Notes: generated by a model not told the origin, from the letters alone. Shown: positions 30,912-41,305, numbered from the stretch's first letter. The stretch is 64,000 bases of DNA from an uncultured Gammaproteobacteria bacterium (GCA_963787655.1 CAWBDY010000005.1:505495-569494); one strand, 5' to 3'. Program-made: numbers and translations.

Positions 30912-31646
30912 ATGCACACGGGGTACGGAGGCCATCCTTGGCCGCGGGCATCCGCCTGCCTGCTGCTGTGCCTGAACTTGGCGGGTTGCTCGCTCCTCTC
31001 GTTCAAGAGCCCCGAGCGACCGCTCGCGCCGCGCGAGCTGAATGCCCGCATCCTGAGCCGCGAGCTGGCGTCGCAGTTCATGGCCGGCGTCGGCCGCGTC
31101 GGCCAGGACATCGCCGGCACCGACAACGATGCGGACGTGCTCGACAACACGCTGCGCTGGGAGATCGCCGCCGTCACCGAGAGCCGGCGGGCCGCCACGC
31201 AGATGGCGCCGCTGATGAGTCTGCTGGACAGCTGGGCGCTCACTACCCAGATGCGCAGCTTCATGGCCGACGGCGGCGCGGGCGCGACGCTGTTCGGCAG
31301 CCACGAGCCCGCAGTGCGGGCCGTCACCGACGACTACGCCGACCAGGTCGAGGCGCTCGCCCGTCGGGTGCTGACGCCGCACGAGTTCGATGACTACCAG
31401 AAGTTCGTCGCGGGCTACGCGCGCGAAAACCCGCTGCAGGACCTGAGCTTCACGCGCGTCTCGGTGATCGATCTGTGGAGCCGTGAGAAAGGCACGAACA
31501 CCAAGCTGGTCGATTCGCTCGGCACGATCCCGGAGGCCATGGCGGACGTGGCGCAGCGCGTGCAGATGTTCGGCGAGACCGTGCCGGCAGAGGCGATGCG
31601 CGAGGCGCAGCTGACACTGCGCGAAAGCGGCTACGCGCAAGGATGA
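30912..31646 (+). CDS. Hypothetical lipoprotein
   Basis: Lipobox LLCLNLAGCS. I recognised no family. Confidence 0.6.
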   Translation: MHTGYGGHPWPRASACLLLCLNLAGCSLLSFKSPERPLAPRELNARILSRELASQFMAGVGRVGQDIAGTDNDADVLDNTLRWEIAAVTESRRAATQMAPLMSLLDSWALTTQMRSFMADGGAGATLFGSHEPAVRAVTDDYADQVEALARRVLTPHEFDDYQKFVAGYARENPLQDLSFTRVSVIDLWSREKGTNTKLVDSLGTIPEAMADVAQRVQMFGETVPAEAMREAQLTLRESGYAQG

Positions 31647-31647
31647 C

Positions 31648-32085
31648 GTGCAGTCAAAGCTCAAGGAGCTGGACGAGCGGCTGGAGCGGCTGACCAGGGT
31701 CGCTGAAGCCAGCCCGCAGATGGTCGAGCAGGCGGTGGGCGAGGTGCGGCGCAGCCTGCGCGAGGTGCTGGAACATCTGGACGCAGCGACCACGAGCGCC
31801 ACGCAGGCGCTGCGCGTGGAGCGCGCCGCGCTGTTCGCCGATCTGCAGGCCGAGCGCATCGCCGTGCTGGCTGCCGTAGACGTGCAGCGCAAGGCGCTCG
31901 CGGTCGATGCCGGCAATCTGGCCTCGCAGGTGGTGAAGTCCTCGGGCGAACAGCTGCGCTACCTCGCCGGCGAGGTGCTGCTGCTGCTGATCGTGCTGGC
32001 CGTGGTGTTATTGGGCCTGCCGTTCGCGGCCGGTTATTTCGTGGCGCGCGCACGCTTCCGGCACGGCGCCGACAAAACGCCTTAG
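31648..32085 (+). CDS. Hypothetical coiled-coil protein with a C-terminal TM anchor (possibly the 3' part of the preceding gene)
   Basis: GTG start lies 1 nt after the previous stop. It is helical and Ala/Glu/Arg-rich, then LLLLIVLAVVLLGLPFAAGYFV. The other frame reads through the junction (..RKDDVQSKLKEL..). Confidence 0.5.
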   Translation: MQSKLKELDERLERLTRVAEASPQMVEQAVGEVRRSLREVLEHLDAATTSATQALRVERAALFADLQAERIAVLAAVDVQRKALAVDAGNLASQVVKSSGEQLRYLAGEVLLLLIVLAVVLLGLPFAAGYFVARARFRHGADKTP

Positions 32086-32104
32086 CGCTGGCGCGGCACC
32101 CGCG

Positions 32105-32701
32105 TCACTTACTCTTGGTGTCGCGCCCGGGTTGCTTGGTCAGGCCCGTGTCCTCCATCGCCGAGAGCACCTCGGCGGCGTCGGTGGGTTCCTGCAGTGC
32201 CGAGACGTGCGGATCGCTGCGCTCGCGATCGCGCACCATGGGCAGGTCGCGGCGCAGCTCCTCGAGCAGATGGATCAGCTTGGTCACCTTCTGCTCGGTG
32301 AGCAGGTTGATCTGCAGGTCGAGGTGTTCGCGCTGATCGGTCAGGCGCGTCTGCCGGCTCTGCCCGATGAGCACTACGGTCGCGGTCAGGAGCGCCGTGA
32401 GGGTGAGCAGGCCCTGCAGCAGCTGGAACGGCGGCGGGTCAAATGGCACGCGCCCGAGGTCCTTGACCAGGAGATTGGCGGCTAACCAGCCGAGCGTGAA
32501 CAGCAGCAATCCCAGGACGTAACCGGGCCGCGCCACCGCGCGACTGATGCGCTCGAGCCGCCGCTGCGCGGCGCTGCTGGCGGCGGACTCGCGCCGCTGC
32601 AGTTCGACGATATCGGCGACGTTCTGGCTGATGTGTTCCGACAGGGAACCGGACGGGGTCTGCCGGTCGCGGGTTCTGTTGGTGCTCTCGTCCTCGTTCA
32701 T
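32105..32701 (-). CDS. DUF1003 domain membrane protein
   Basis: Pattern seen: ISRAVARPGYVLGLLLFTLGWLAANLL...FDPPPFQLLQGLLTLTALLTATVVLIGQSRQ...DLQINLL. Confidence 0.8.
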   Translation of the reverse strand: MNEDESTNRTRDRQTPSGSLSEHISQNVADIVELQRRESAASSAAQRRLERISRAVARPGYVLGLLLFTLGWLAANLLVKDLGRVPFDPPPFQLLQGLLTLTALLTATVVLIGQSRQTRLTDQREHLDLQINLLTEQKVTKLIHLLEELRRDLPMVRDRERSDPHVSALQEPTDAAEVLSAMEDTGLTKQPGRDTKSK

Positions 32702-32894
32702 GCCATGCGCGCCGCGAAGTGTTCCGCAGTCATTCTACGCCGCGTGCCGCGGATCGCGCAGGCGCCCTGCGCGGGCCTGGCCTGGCAGATTGCGATCGCA
32801 GCGCGCCTGCCGCGCGTCGCGCGGTGCGGCGGCGCCAGAGGGGCCGCCGCCCGCTGCAATGAGCTGCGGCGGGCATCCATGCTAGCCTTCCGCC

Positions 32895-34037
32895 ATGCGA
32901 TCCATAGGCCGAAGAGCAGACGGCGCGCGGCTCGAGCGCATGCGCGCCTCGCCGCGTTGGACGGGGGAGCAGTTCAGCAATCTGCACCCGATCATTCCGG
33001 GACTGCGCGATCCGCACGTGCCGATGCCGACGCTCAGCGAATTTCTGTGCGGCGGCGAGCGGCGCGTACCGGCGCACCCGCTGCCCGCGCTGAGCCCACT
33101 TGAGGGGTGGAGCAAGCCTGCCGCGAGCGGTCTGCGCGTCACCTGGCTCGGCCACTCCACCGTGCTGATCGAGATCGACGGCGCGCGCATCCTCACCGAC
33201 CCGGTATGGGGCGCGCGTGCCTCGCCCTCGCGGCTCATCGGTCCGAAGCGCTTCCAGCCGGTGCCGGTGCGTCTGCGGCAGCTGCCGCCGCTGGATGCAG
33301 TCGTGATATCGCACGACCACTACGATCACCTCGACTACCCGACCATTCGCGAGCTGCGCAGCAGCGCGGTGCCGTTCGTGACCTCGCTCGGGGTCGGCGC
33401 GCACCTGGAATCCTGGGGCATCGAGCCGCAGCGCATCTTCGAGCTCGATTGGTGGGAATCGCACACGCTGGCCAGCGGCGTGACGGTTACGGCCGCTCCC
33501 TCGCAGCATTTCTCGGGGCGGACGCCGAAGAGCCGCAACACCACGCTGTGGTCGTCGCTGGTGGTGCGCTCCGCACGACATGCCGTCTTTTTCAGCGGCG
33601 ACACCGGACTCACCACCGAGTACGAGGCGATCCGCGCACGGCTGGGACCGTTCGACCTGGTGATGCTCGAAGTGGGCGCGTTCCACCCCTCGTGGGGCGA
33701 CATGCACTTAGGCCCACACAACGCGCTCAAAGCTCTGGCACTGCTCGGCACGCCCGCTTTCCTGCCGATCCACTGGGGAACCTTCGCTTTGGCGATGCAC
33801 GCCTGGGATCAGCCGGCCGAAGTGTTGCTGCAGGCTGCGCCGCAAACGGCGGCTCCGCTCTTGATGCCGCATCTGGGTGAGCCGGTCGAGCCGGCGCAGC
33901 CGCGCACGCTGGAACCGTGGTGGCGTGCGGTGGAGGGTGCGCAGGGCGCTGCAGATCCCGGCCGGCGTCAGCGCAGTCGCCGTGCCCAAGACAATGTCCT
34001 GGCCACTGGACTAACCGTGCGCTGTGCGCGTCGTTGA
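32895..34037 (+). CDS. MBL-fold metallo-hydrolase
   Basis: Motifs seen: VTWLGHSTVLIEIDG, ISHDHYDHLD, FFSGDTG. Confidence 0.8.
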   Translation: MRSIGRRADGARLERMRASPRWTGEQFSNLHPIIPGLRDPHVPMPTLSEFLCGGERRVPAHPLPALSPLEGWSKPAASGLRVTWLGHSTVLIEIDGARILTDPVWGARASPSRLIGPKRFQPVPVRLRQLPPLDAVVISHDHYDHLDYPTIRELRSSAVPFVTSLGVGAHLESWGIEPQRIFELDWWESHTLASGVTVTAAPSQHFSGRTPKSRNTTLWSSLVVRSARHAVFFSGDTGLTTEYEAIRARLGPFDLVMLEVGAFHPSWGDMHLGPHNALKALALLGTPAFLPIHWGTFALAMHAWDQPAEVLLQAAPQTAAPLLMPHLGEPVEPAQPRTLEPWWRAVEGAQGAADPGRRQRSRRAQDNVLATGLTVRCARR

Positions 34038-34215
34038 ACTGGCTGCAGAAGGCGCGGTAACGGCAGCTCAGCCGTGCAGTTCGTCCAGTACGAAACCACA
34101 GGCGGTACTGGATATCCACCGGCTGGCGCAGCAGGCGCTGTCGGCACGCCCGCCAGGGGCAGTCGCGCGGCATAATCCACCTATCCGCCGAAGTCCCAAG
34201 GTCGGGAGTGAAGAC

Positions 34216-35683
34216 GTGTCAGCCGAAACTCAAAGCGTTCAGCAGCTGCTCCTGTCCGCACACACGCGGGTCACCTGCCCGAAGTGCGAGTCTAAATTCA
34301 GCTTGCAGGAAGGATTTGCGCGCCAGGCGCTGGAGAAGTTCGAGCTGTCCACCGCCGGCGCTATCGAGGCCGTGCGTGATGCCGAGCGTGCCGAGGCCGA
34401 GAGTCGCGCCGTGGAGCTGCAGCAACGGCTGAAGGAGCAGGGCGCCAAGCACGCGCACGCGCTGCAGGAAGCGCGGTTAATGGGCGAGCAGTCGCTGGCG
34501 CCTCAGCTGCAGGTGCTCCGCCAGGAATTGGCCGAACGCCAGGCCAGACTCGAAGGCTTTGCCAAGCGCGAGGCGGCCCTGAAGATGCGCGAGCAGGGGA
34601 TCGAAGCGCGCATCGCGGAGCAGGCGCGTGCCAAGGCGCAGACGCTGTTCGCGGCTGACCGCGCTGCGCTCGAGCAGGAAATCGCCCAGCAGCGCCAGAA
34701 GGTTGCAGAGCATGCGTTTGGCGGAACTAGCGCTGCGCCAGGAGAAGGCGGCTTTGCAGGACCGCGCCGCGGTCTTGGACATCGAAGCGGCACGCAAGCT
34801 CGACGCCGGCCGCTCAGAGCTCGAAGGTCGCATTCGTATGCAGGAACGGGAAAAGGCGGAACTCGAGAAAGCGGAACTGCGTAAGCGCCTGGAAGACATG
34901 AATGCCCAGCTCACCGAGGCGCAGCGCAAGGGCAGTCAGGGCTCGCAACAACTGCAGGGCGAGGTACTGGAGCTCACTCTCCAGGCCGCCCTCGAAGCGG
35001 CATTCCCGTTGGATACGATCGAGGAAGTGCGCAAGGGCGCCCGTGGCGGAGATGTCGTCCAGCGGGTCATGACGCGCAGTGGTCAGACGGCCGGGGTTCT
35101 GCTTTGGGAAGCCAAGCGTGCCAAGGACTGGAGCGCGCAGTGGCCGATTAAGCTGAAGGAGGACCTGCGCTCATGCGGGGCGGATGTCGCAATCCTCGTC
35201 ACGATGGGGACCGCGGTCCCGAAGGAGTGGTGTGAAGACCAGCAGTTCGGTCTTCATGAAGACTGTTGGGTCACGTGCTGGAGCACGGCACTTCAGCTGG
35301 CGACCGTTCTGCGTGCAGGACTGCTCGATCTGCATAAGCAGCGCCTCATATCGGCCGGTAAGGGCGAAAAGATGGAAGCGGTTTATGACTACCTCACGTC
35401 CTTCCAGTTCGCCCATAAGCTCAAAGCCGTGTACGGCGCCTTTTACCGCATGCGCCAGGAGCTGGAATCGGAGAAGAGTCAAACGCAACAACGCTGGGCG
35501 CGCCGCGAGAAGCAACTGCAGAGCGGGATCGCCGAACTCGTCGGAGTCGCAGGAGAGATTCAGGGACTTGCGCAGCAGGAATTGCCGTTGCTGGAGATCG
35601 AGCGTGGACCCGAGCCGGAAGCGGCGGGAGGGTCGGGAAGCGATGCCCCGCAGCTCGGCCTGAAAATCGAAACGGCGCCTTGA
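34216..35683 (+). pseudogene. DUF2130 protein (zinc ribbon, long coiled coil, PD-(D/E)xK-like C-terminal domain), frameshift near 34711
   Basis: GTG at 34216 is preceded by GGGAG. ORF 34024..34884 gives VTCPKCESKFSLQEGF and the coiled coil up to QKVAE. ORF 34628..35683 continues with MRLAELALRQEKAAL...GGDVVQRV...LLWEAKRAKDW. The junction reads GAG-C-ATG. Confidence 0.75.
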
Positions 35684-35813
35684 CAGTAGTCACGGCCGCG
35701 AAGCATTCACCCGCCTTAAGGGTGGTGCTCCGCTCACCGCGGGCTCGTGTGATGGCGGTCTTTCCTTAGTGCGCGGCAGGCAGGTGCGCCGCCGGCAATC
35801 TGTGCCCGGATCC

Positions 35814-36074
35814 TCAGTGATACTTCCACCACACCAGCAGCGCCACCAGCGCAGGCAGCGCGAACACCAGCACAAATACCGGCAGTTCGTCCGACACCGA
35901 GTAGCCGGCATGCTTCACGCCGATATACATGTTGACGCCGGCGCCCATGAGCCACACAGGCAGGAACGACAAGGCTGCACGTCCGAGGCCCCCCTCACCG
36001 CCGAGGTTGTGGCCCACGAGCAGGCAGGCGCCGAGCAGCAGCAGGCCGATCACGATGACGATCAATGTATGCAT
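35814..36074 (-). CDS. Small hypothetical membrane protein (3 TM helices)
   Basis: 86-aa hydrophobic ORF located 22 nt downstream of the M13 peptidase gene on the same strand. Confidence 0.55.
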   Translation of the reverse strand: MHTLIVIVIGLLLLGACLLVGHNLGGEGGLGRAALSFLPVWLMGAGVNMYIGVKHAGYSVSDELPVFVLVFALPALVALLVWWKYH

Positions 36075-36096
36075 GGGCGTTACCGGACTTGCCTGA

Positions 36097-38112
36097 TCAC
36101 CAGACCTCGCAGTGCGCAGCGCCGGTGCGAATCATCGGCGCGCCGGTCTTACAGCTGAAGGCGCGGGCAAAGGCAGCACTGTTCGACAGCGGGCCGATGA
36201 CGCGAAACTTGGCGATCGGATGCGGATCGCCCTGGACCATCAGGCGCTGCGTCTCCGGCCGGATCTCATCCCCGCGCCACTGTCCCCAGGCGATGAAGAA
36301 CTGCTGGTCGGGTGTGAAGCCCGCGACAGTCGGGGCCGGATGCTGCTGTTGCGCCTTCTGGAACGCCAGGAAGGAGACCTTGACGCCCGCGAGATCGGCG
36401 ATGCTCTCGCCCAGCACCAGCTTGCCGTTGTGGTGAATGTTGGGCTCGATGAAGTAGCCGTCGAACTGGTTGGCGACGCAGGCCGTGCGCTCCTGGAAGC
36501 GTTGCAGATCGTCCGGCTTCCACCAGTCGCTCAGGCGTCCGAGCGCGTCGAACTTCGCGCCCTGATCATCGAAGCCGTGGCTGATCTCATGTCCGATCAC
36601 CACGCCGATGCCGCCGTAATTGACCGCATCGACCGCCTTGAGATCGAAGGCAGGCGGCTGCAGGATGCCCGCCGGAAAGACGATCTCGTTAAGCTGCGCC
36701 GTGTAGTAGGCGTCCGAGGTCGGTGGCGTCAGTCCCCAGCGGTGGCGATCGGTGGGCTTGTCGATGAGGGCGCGATCATCCTTGACGTTCCACTGGCTCG
36801 CGGCCAGCAGGTCGTCCCAGTACGAGCCGCGCGTGATGTTGGCGCTGCTGTAATCCTTCCATTTGTCCGGATAGCCGATCTTCGGATTGAGGGATGCCAG
36901 CTTTTCCAGCGCCTTGGCCTTGGTGTCCGGTCCCATCCAGGCGAGGCTCTGCAGGATGTCGTGCATGGCGGCGATGAGATTGTGGACCATCTCCTCGGCG
37001 CGGGCCTTGGCCGCGGGCGGGAAGTACTTCTCCACGTATTTCTGCCCGAGCGCATCGCCCAGCAGTCGATCGGTCTGTTCGGCGCAGCGCTTCCAGCGCG
37101 GCTTCATCTCCTTGGCGCCGGCCAGGTAGGCCGCATAGAAGTCGAAGCTCTCCTGCACGAACGGCATTGGCAGCCCGTCGGAAGCGGCGCGCAGGAAATG
37201 CCAGCGCAGATACACCCGCCAGTCGGCCAGCGAGGTTGCACGCAGCTGGCGGTTCACTTCGGCGAGAAACTTGGGCTGGTCGACGTTGAGCGTCTTTGGT
37301 GCAACGTTGGCGGCGGCGAAATAGCTCTGCCAGTCGATAGCGGGCGCCAGCGCCTTAAGCTCGCTGACCGGCATCGTGTGGTCGGTCGCTTTCGGGTCGC
37401 GCAGCGCCACGTTGTCGAGCGAGGCGCCGGCCAGCTGTTTTTCCATGCCGAACACGATCGCCGCTTGCGCCTTGGCGCGCGCAGCATCTGCGCCCGCCAG
37501 CTGCAGCATGCGCGCGACGTGCAGCAGGTACTTTTGCCGCGCTTCCTGAAAGCGCGGCTCGGTCTTGAGGTAGTAGTCGCGGTCGGGGAGGCCGAGTCCA
37601 GCGGCGCCGACGTCGGCGACGGTGGCGGCCGGGTCGTGGTAGTCGGGCGACGACGTCATGGTGAACGGCGCGAGTACGCCGAAGCCGTGCAGGTGGCGCA
37701 TGACGCGCTGCAGATCGGCCGGCGTCTTGATAGCGGCGATCTCGTTCAGGATCGGTTGCACCGGGGTGAGCCCGGCTTTGGCAATGGCCGCCTCGTCCAT
37801 GCAGGCACCGTAGAAATCGCCGACCTGCTGCTCGACCGATCCCTTCGGCCAGTCGTGGCGTTGTGCGAGCGGCTCGAGTATGTCCTTGAGCTGTGTTTTC
37901 GAATCTTCACCGGACTGCCAGCGGCGGCTCCAGCGCGACATCGAAGCGGGGATGGGGTTCTTGGCGCGCCAGCTGCCGTTGGCAAACTGATAGAAGTCGG
38001 TGCAGGCATCGGCGCTCTTGTCGAGATCTTCGAGGTGGATGCTGGGCTGCTGAGCCTGGGCACAGACGCCGGCGGCCAGGAGCAGCAGTGGCAGAAGCTG
38101 GGTGGCGCGCAT
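36097..38112 (-). CDS. M13-family zinc metallopeptidase (PepO / endothelin-converting-enzyme-like), secreted
   Basis: ATG at 38112 is preceded by GGAAGAG, followed by a signal peptide. Motifs seen: HEISHGFD (HExxH) and GESIADLAG. Confidence 0.9.
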   Translation of the reverse strand: MRATQLLPLLLLAAGVCAQAQQPSIHLEDLDKSADACTDFYQFANGSWRAKNPIPASMSRWSRRWQSGEDSKTQLKDILEPLAQRHDWPKGSVEQQVGDFYGACMDEAAIAKAGLTPVQPILNEIAAIKTPADLQRVMRHLHGFGVLAPFTMTSSPDYHDPAATVADVGAAGLGLPDRDYYLKTEPRFQEARQKYLLHVARMLQLAGADAARAKAQAAIVFGMEKQLAGASLDNVALRDPKATDHTMPVSELKALAPAIDWQSYFAAANVAPKTLNVDQPKFLAEVNRQLRATSLADWRVYLRWHFLRAASDGLPMPFVQESFDFYAAYLAGAKEMKPRWKRCAEQTDRLLGDALGQKYVEKYFPPAAKARAEEMVHNLIAAMHDILQSLAWMGPDTKAKALEKLASLNPKIGYPDKWKDYSSANITRGSYWDDLLAASQWNVKDDRALIDKPTDRHRWGLTPPTSDAYYTAQLNEIVFPAGILQPPAFDLKAVDAVNYGGIGVVIGHEISHGFDDQGAKFDALGRLSDWWKPDDLQRFQERTACVANQFDGYFIEPNIHHNGKLVLGESIADLAGVKVSFLAFQKAQQQHPAPTVAGFTPDQQFFIAWGQWRGDEIRPETQRLMVQGDPHPIAKFRVIGPLSNSAAFARAFSCKTGAPMIRTGAAHCEVW

Positions 38113-38157
38113 TGAGTTCTCTTCCCTGGTCGTCAATGTGGTGAGCGCTGCGCCGCT

Positions 38158-39294
38158 TCAGCGGCTCGCGCCCATGATTGCAGTGATGGGAGGCGCCGCG
38201 GCCGGCACGGCGTGGCGATAGTCCTGGCCCAGGAGCGCCGCGATGGTCGCTGCGATCTGCGCCTGGTGGATCTCGGCGGTCTGGCGGCGTTCGCCGAGCG
38301 GGGTGGTATCCGGTCCCATGACCGCCAGCCAGATGTTCTCCGAGCCCTTCTGCTCGTTGCCGTGCTCTTTCCACTCGACCGGGCCGCTGCCGCGTCCATG
38401 ATCGGTGGTGATGATGAAGGTCGTGGTGTCGCGGTAGGCCGGCAGTTTCTGCAGGGTGTTCCACAGCTGCTCGACGAACTGGTCGAACACGTGCGCGCTG
38501 TGCAGCACCAGGTCGTAGCGACCGGAGTGTGCCCAGTTGTCGGTCTCGCCGTAACCGACGAACAGTACGCGCGGCTGCTGCCGGGCGAAGGAATCCAGCA
38601 GCGGCACCTGCAGGAAGGCGTCGTAGACGTCCTCGTCCTCCAGCTTGGTGGTCGTGCGGTACAGCTGGTTCATGAGCTCCTGCCGCGGAGTCAGATCCCC
38701 GTGGTAAGGCAGGTCCCAGCCGACCTGCAGCGGCAGATGGCTGCGTGCGACGTTGAATATGTCCTTGAATATGCTCCAGGTGGCATAGACGCTCACCTGC
38801 CCATGCAGCGCGGGTAGCGAATTCAGCCACTCGAACACGGATATGTTGGGATTGGGGCCGAACTCATTGGAGTCGATGCGTGCATCCGGATGCCCCGTGA
38901 GCATCTCGTTGTAGCCGGGGTAGGAAAAGGCCAGGCCGTTGGTGACGCGCGCATTGCTGCCGAGATTGCGGTTGCCGAAGATCTGGCCGTGCGAGGCGAC
39001 GGTGCCCCACAGGAAGGGGAACAGCGCCTTGCGGCGCTCGCTGACGTCGTCGCGCCAGAACTCCGCCCGCAAGTCCTTTTCCGCATCCCAGATGCCGCCA
39101 TTCTTTTCGTTGAGCAAAGTGGGGTCGGCGCCGGTGAACACCTCCTGCCAGCGCAGGCCATCGCTGACGATGAGGACGACGTTGCGCGTTTTCAGCGGCG
39201 GACTCGTCTGCGCGTGCGCCAGCGAGCCCGCGGCGAGCGCGACCACCAGCAGCGCGCAGCGCGCGGCTCGCAGGACACAGCGTGGCGACAACAT
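38158..39294 (-). CDS. Alkaline-phosphatase-superfamily metalloenzyme, secreted
   Basis: Signal peptide MLSPRCVLRAARCALLVVALAAGSLAHA. Motifs seen: VVLIVSDGLRW and TTDHGRG, typical of the AP/sulfatase fold. Confidence 0.65.
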   Translation of the reverse strand: MLSPRCVLRAARCALLVVALAAGSLAHAQTSPPLKTRNVVLIVSDGLRWQEVFTGADPTLLNEKNGGIWDAEKDLRAEFWRDDVSERRKALFPFLWGTVASHGQIFGNRNLGSNARVTNGLAFSYPGYNEMLTGHPDARIDSNEFGPNPNISVFEWLNSLPALHGQVSVYATWSIFKDIFNVARSHLPLQVGWDLPYHGDLTPRQELMNQLYRTTTKLEDEDVYDAFLQVPLLDSFARQQPRVLFVGYGETDNWAHSGRYDLVLHSAHVFDQFVEQLWNTLQKLPAYRDTTTFIITTDHGRGSGPVEWKEHGNEQKGSENIWLAVMGPDTTPLGERRQTAEIHQAQIAATIAALLGQDYRHAVPAAAPPITAIMGASR

Positions 39295-39364
39295 TGCCGC
39301 CAAGCGTAGCCGTCGCAAATTGCAGGTACAATAGCGCCACACCGCCGGAGGACCCGCGACCCCC

Positions 39365-41305
39365 ATGCGCCGCGCGCCTCACGCCCGGTTACTCGCCGCC
39401 TCGCTGTTGCTTGCGCAGGGACACGCTGCGTCTGCCGCCGCCGCCGCGACCCTGCAGGTCGGGCAGCTGACGCTGCAGCGCTGTCATACGGCGGCGCCCT
39501 GGTGTGGCACGGTGCCGCGGCCGCTCGACCCGAGCGGCGTCGTTCCCGGGACGCTGCCCATCTATTTCGAGTTCTATCCTCACACGGCTGCGGGCGCGGC
39601 CGCAGGCACGCTGGTCGCCACCGAAGGGGGCCCGGGTTATCCGGCCACCGATTCGCGCGAGGAGTATCTGGCGCTGTTCGCGCCGCTGCGTGAGCGGTAC
39701 GACGTGCTGATCATGGATAACCGCGGCACCGGCCGCTCCGCGGCGATCGACTGCCGCGAGCTGCAGACCGCCGCGCAGCTCACCGAGGCCGACATCGGCG
39801 CCTGCGGGCGGCAACTCGGGCGCACGGCGCCCCTCTACAGCAGCAATCTCGCCAGCGACGATCTGGCCGCCATCCTCAAGGCGCTGCACAGCGGCCCGGT
39901 GGCGCTGTACGGGGATTCCTACGGCACCTACATGGCGCAGGTGTTCGCGCTGCGCCACCCCGAGCAGCTGCGAGCGCTGGTGCTCGACGGCAGCTATCCG
40001 CTGTCCGGCGCCGACTATCCGTGGTATCCGCACTACGCACCGGCGATGCGCAACAAGTTCAACCTGGCATGCGCGCGCACGCCGGCCTGCCAGGCAATCC
40101 CGGGAAGCTCGCTCGATCACATCGCGCCCGCGCTGGCGCAGCTGCGCGCGCAGCCATTCGCCGCCCAGGCCCGCTACGGCCACGGCGAGGTGCTCAGGTT
40201 CACCGCCAACGCGACGCAACTGGCGATCGTCATGTTCGGCAGCTCGCCATCGCTGGCCTCGCTGCGCGAGACCGACGCTGCGGCGCGCGCCTTTGCTGCC
40301 GCAGACCGGCTGCCGCTGCTGCGGCTCATGGCAGAGACCCTCGCCAGCGTCGACTCGCGCGATGCGACGCAGGCGCCTGAGAAATTCAGTGAGGGGCTCG
40401 CCGCCGCGGTGTTCTGCCAGGATCCGGCGCAGATCTTCGACATGCGCCTGCCGCCGGCGCAGCGCGTCGCCGAGCGCGACCGGCTGATCGCGCAGCGCAA
40501 GCTCACGGCGCCCGACACCTACGCGCCCTTTACCCTCGACGAGTATCGCGGCATGCCGCTCGACTACGCCTTCATCGACGAGTGCGTACGCTGGCCGGCC
40601 GTCGCCGCGCCGCTGGTGCAGGCCGATGCCCACTATCCGGACGTCCCGGTGCTGGTGCTGTCCGGAGAACTCGACAACATGACCAGCGTGGCGGACGGTG
40701 CGGACGCGGCGGCCCGCTTTCCCCACGCCCGGCACGTCGTCATCGCCAACAGCATGCACGTCAACGCGCTGCCGCACGCGCGCAGCGAATGCGGCGCGCT
40801 ACTGGTGCGGCGCTTCGTGGCCGACCTGACCACCGGCGATGACAGCTGTGCGGCGGCGGTGCCGCCGCTGCGGCTGCTGCCGCGCTTTGCACAACGGGCG
40901 GCGCAGCTGAGTGCGGCCCGGGCCGCCAGCGGCAACGGCGCGAGCCTCGAACAGCTGCGCCTCGTCAGCGCTGCGCTCTATGCCAGCGAGGATGTCATCA
41001 CGCGCGCTGCGGAAAATGGCGCGGGCGAGGGGGCGGGCCTGCGCGGTGGCTCGTTCACGGCCGCCGCGCTGGGTGAGGGTTACCGGGTGACGCTGCGCGC
41101 GGTGCGCTGGACCGAGGATGTTGCCGTGTCCGGAAGGATCGACTGGCCGGGACGTGACGGGACCGTGCAGGCGCATCTTAAGCTGCGCTCGGCGCAGGGC
41201 GACGGCACGCTCGAACTTACCTGGCGCGATGGCGCGGATGCGCCGGCGCTGGCGCGCGGCGTACTGGGCGGCCGGCAGGTGACGGCCGTGGCCCCGGCTC
41301 CCTAG
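39365..41305 (+). CDS. Secreted alpha/beta hydrolase (TAP-like / tripeptidyl-aminopeptidase-like)
   Basis: Signal peptide present. Motifs seen: EGGPGYPAT, IMDNRGTGRS, and the nucleophile elbow GDSYGT. Confidence 0.75.
   Translation: MRRAPHARLLAASLLLAQGHAASAAAAATLQVGQLTLQRCHTAAPWCGTVPRPLDPSGVVPGTLPIYFEFYPHTAAGAAAGTLVATEGGPGYPATDSREEYLALFAPLRERYDVLIMDNRGTGRSAAIDCRELQTAAQLTEADIGACGRQLGRTAPLYSSNLASDDLAAILKALHSGPVALYGDSYGTYMAQVFALRHPEQLRALVLDGSYPLSGADYPWYPHYAPAMRNKFNLACARTPACQAIPGSSLDHIAPALAQLRAQPFAAQARYGHGEVLRFTANATQLAIVMFGSSPSLASLRETDAAARAFAAADRLPLLRLMAETLASVDSRDATQAPEKFSEGLAAAVFCQDPAQIFDMRLPPAQRVAERDRLIAQRKLTAPDTYAPFTLDEYRGMPLDYAFIDECVRWPAVAAPLVQADAHYPDVPVLVLSGELDNMTSVADGADAAARFPHARHVVIANSMHVNALPHARSECGALLVRRFVADLTTGDDSCAAAVPPLRLLPRFAQRAAQLSAARAASGNGASLEQLRLVSAALYASEDVITRAAENGAGEGAGLRGGSFTAAALGEGYRVTLRAVRWTEDVAVSGRIDWPGRDGTVQAHLKLRSAQGDGTLELTWRDGADAPALARGVLGGRQVTAVAPAP

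Noticed and set aside
32790-32800. 10-bp palindrome TGCGATCGCA in the DUF1003 / MBL hydrolase intergenic region.
   Set aside because: It is a short single occurrence and such palindromes are expected by chance in GC-rich DNA. No partner half-sites or adjacent regulator.
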